From Geosiphon pyriformis uo1 (lineage: Eukaryota > Fungi > Glomeromycota): a stretch of 64,000 bases of DNA. A program made the position numbers and the translations under genes. The stretch spans positions 62,001 through 126,000 of the forward strand of contig JAAOMT010000566.1 of NCBI GenBank assembly GCA_016748015.1. Direction: 5' to 3'. How positions within the stretch are numbered: position 1 is the first letter of the stretch; every line of letters starts with the position of its first letter. Shown piece by piece: positions 61,541 to 64,000 of the stretch. The notes beneath the pieces are model-generated. The model was given only the letters and a program-made list of their open reading frames with translations. It was not told the origin of the DNA and ran no database searches.

Positions 61541-64000
61541 TGCCCCAAATTAAACCTCCTTCTAAAACCAATATCGATCAACCTATTTCCGATGTTAACT
61601 TCAGCCCTGATTTACAATGCCACGACAAAACCGATTTTTCGCATCTTTATAATCTCAACCAACCAACCAACCACAAATGGTGGTACAAAGTGGTTCATAC
61701 TCGTTTAATTAGACGATTACCATCAACTTTAGCACAAAAGCAGCAAGGAAGTGGTTCGTCGTCAAATGATACTACCTTGATTGTTGAAGTACTATTAAGA
61801 TTTGCAAATCATCATGAATTTCCATTACCGACAATTTTTCGAATATTTAATTTTATTCACAAGAGTTGATGGAGTTTGTTTATCATTCTGGAAAATCAAT
61901 TTTTTGTTAAAGAATTATTATCAAAGATGTTGTGTTACGGATTAAATTAACGATTCCCCTCTGTGGGGAATTAGAGTGGCTTAGGAAACACCGAAAAAAC
62001 ATTGGGTTTAATATTTTTCATTTTCTCTAAAAAAATTTACAATTTCTTCGCTATTTCGCTTTCCTTTTATCATTACATATATACAAAAAATCTAGATTTT
62101 AGTTGGGTGGTTGCCATAATTGGATACCCTGAAATATTTACAATATCTTTTGAAATTCCCTTCAAATCACCAAAAAAATTAGAATCACCCAACATTTGTT
62201 ATATAGTATTAATCCCATTCATTCGCATGAACATATTTTTTCATTAATTAGTAGTACTATTAGGTTTTTGTTTCATACAATACAAGATGACTCATGTTTT
62301 GTTAACAAAATTCTCCATAAAAAACTTTTTTTAGGGGCGGTATAAAATTATGTATTGGAGTTTTTTGTATGTTTGTCTGGTAAATTCTTTAAAATGAGGA
62401 GGAAACAATAAAAAATTTGTACATATTATTCTTTACACAATTTATCTGTTCGAATTTTGGTTAAAAAAAGTTTGATGTACTTTCATGTGAAATACTGCAA
62501 ATATTGATAACTCGAATCGTCACAATTTCATATAATTCTATTTAGTATTTAGCAATTTGATGAGAATCATCCAAATATTAAGGAACGTGATGACAATAAT
62601 TGATATTTGAAAGTTGACATCTGTTATGATGATTATAATGTTGTGTGTTAGGAAAGGTCGAAATTTTGATTTGGTTTGATCTTTTTAATTTGTTATCTAA
62701 TCAATTTATGATGATGATGATGCTGCATGTACTTGAATTAAAAACCGTGCATGCATCAGTATTTAAGATCAATTGAAATTAATTTTCAATTGAGATTTGA
62801 TGATATTTAGATATTTTTAATCAATATCTCGTATCGTATCGAATCGTATCGAAAACATCTTTGTGATGATTAAACTATAGGTCACACTTTAAACACGCGC
62901 TGCCTTATACTTTAAAAACCTTGCTTTTTTTTAAACTTTTCTCCAAACTATTAGTACCACAAACACCGCTTTTCCGGGAATTATCACAAAAGCGAACGAA
63001 AGACAGATAACATTAAAAGATAACCTTTTATAAGATTAAGTTGAGTTTTTGTGTACTGTAGAGTTAAACGGATGATCAAATTCTGAGACAATTGAATGAT
63101 ACACCGGGTAATTTAGGCAAAAAATGTTGATCATTGTTATTTTTGCTTATGGTCCCCAAAATAATTAACTTTTGGGAGTGAGAGATACTAAAAAAAAACA
63201 AAAAAAACAGAATCAAAAGATCTAGGAAAAACAAATAATGCCCATTATTACTTCAAAATTTGACGCCAATTAAAACATATAAGCATATATCATAATATTA
63301 ACCGTAAACATCATCTAAGACATTTCTGGTATTAGACCGACCGATTGGAAATTTTTTACCGAGAGAGAACGCGCTGAAAATTTATTAGCTTCAGTAGGTT
63401 CCAAAATCAGATTCAGTAATTTAAAAATCAGGTTGTTCAAAAAACAATGTCACATGAAATGAAATTTAATCCTTAAAATTTTGGCGGCGCCGCATGGTTT
63501 TTTAAAAAGGTTCAAAGGCATAAGCGGTGGCAGGAAGGGCAGTACAAACGGATCACCTTTTTGTAACGAGCCACAATAAACATTATTAAATCGATTGAGC
63601 ATGAAATCTGATTAATTGGATGTCATTGCACGCGCTAAATCAACATTCAAAAGGATGAGGCGAAAAAATAATAGGCGTTTTTTATTTAATTTTTCAGTTT
63701 TTTTGACGCACTGTAATAGATATCAATCACGTCATTTTCTCACGCTTCGTCACGGTTGTCGGCGTCGATCATCATTCTGGGAATTTTAGGAAGATCCCGT
63801 CTTTCTGGACGCACAAATCGAAGAAATTGAATGGAGTTTTTCCGTATTGTCAATTTTTCATGTTTCGAAGATTTGGGATAAATATTTCAAACAACAATAA
63901 AAGGTAAATTAGAATGAAAATAAATTAAAAAAAAAACTGTGGGTTTATGAATAAGCAACAATGTGTTTTCTTTCTATCATTTCTACTCCAGCTCCTTCGC

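Noticed and set aside
61411-61869. 152-aa ORF as a separate gene or true CSL exon 2
   Set aside because: Starts at TTG inside the intron and is out of phase with the splice junction; only its distal part carries relic motifs.
63340-64000. CpG-richer stretch as tRNA/ncRNA
   Set aside because: No cloverleaf or box A/B pattern found; more likely the promoter of a gene beyond the window.

Overview
AT-rich, intron-containing fungal genomic DNA. The gene and transposon families point to Glomeromycotina/Mucoromycota, most like Geosiphon pyriformis (inference, no database search). The left arm (1-17.4 kb) holds two near-identical paralogues of a secreted Kex2-type repeat precursor (KEP) that would release 21-aa N/Q/G-rich peptides, SIGNQQNG[Q/D/H]FSSGTINGGFN[N/D/T]. 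A third KEP-type upstream region runs straight into an assembly gap. Between the KEP genes lie a 5-exon class-3 lipase homologue lacking its catalytic Ser and His, an SH3+TBC Rab-GAP gene and probable kinase pseudogene relics; a defective Mutator-like element follows the second KEP gene. The middle (17.7-56.6 kb) is a nested transposon island: four dUTPase-family Ty3/Gypsy copies from two families and three LINE pieces, one near full length. Most carry heavy but very uneven C>T/G>A decay. The right arm has a fungal CSL (LAG-1/RBP-J/Cbf-type) transcription factor gene whose C-terminal domain is decaying, with CSL-type and MCB-type sites upstream. The most promising novel system is the amplified KEP peptide locus.
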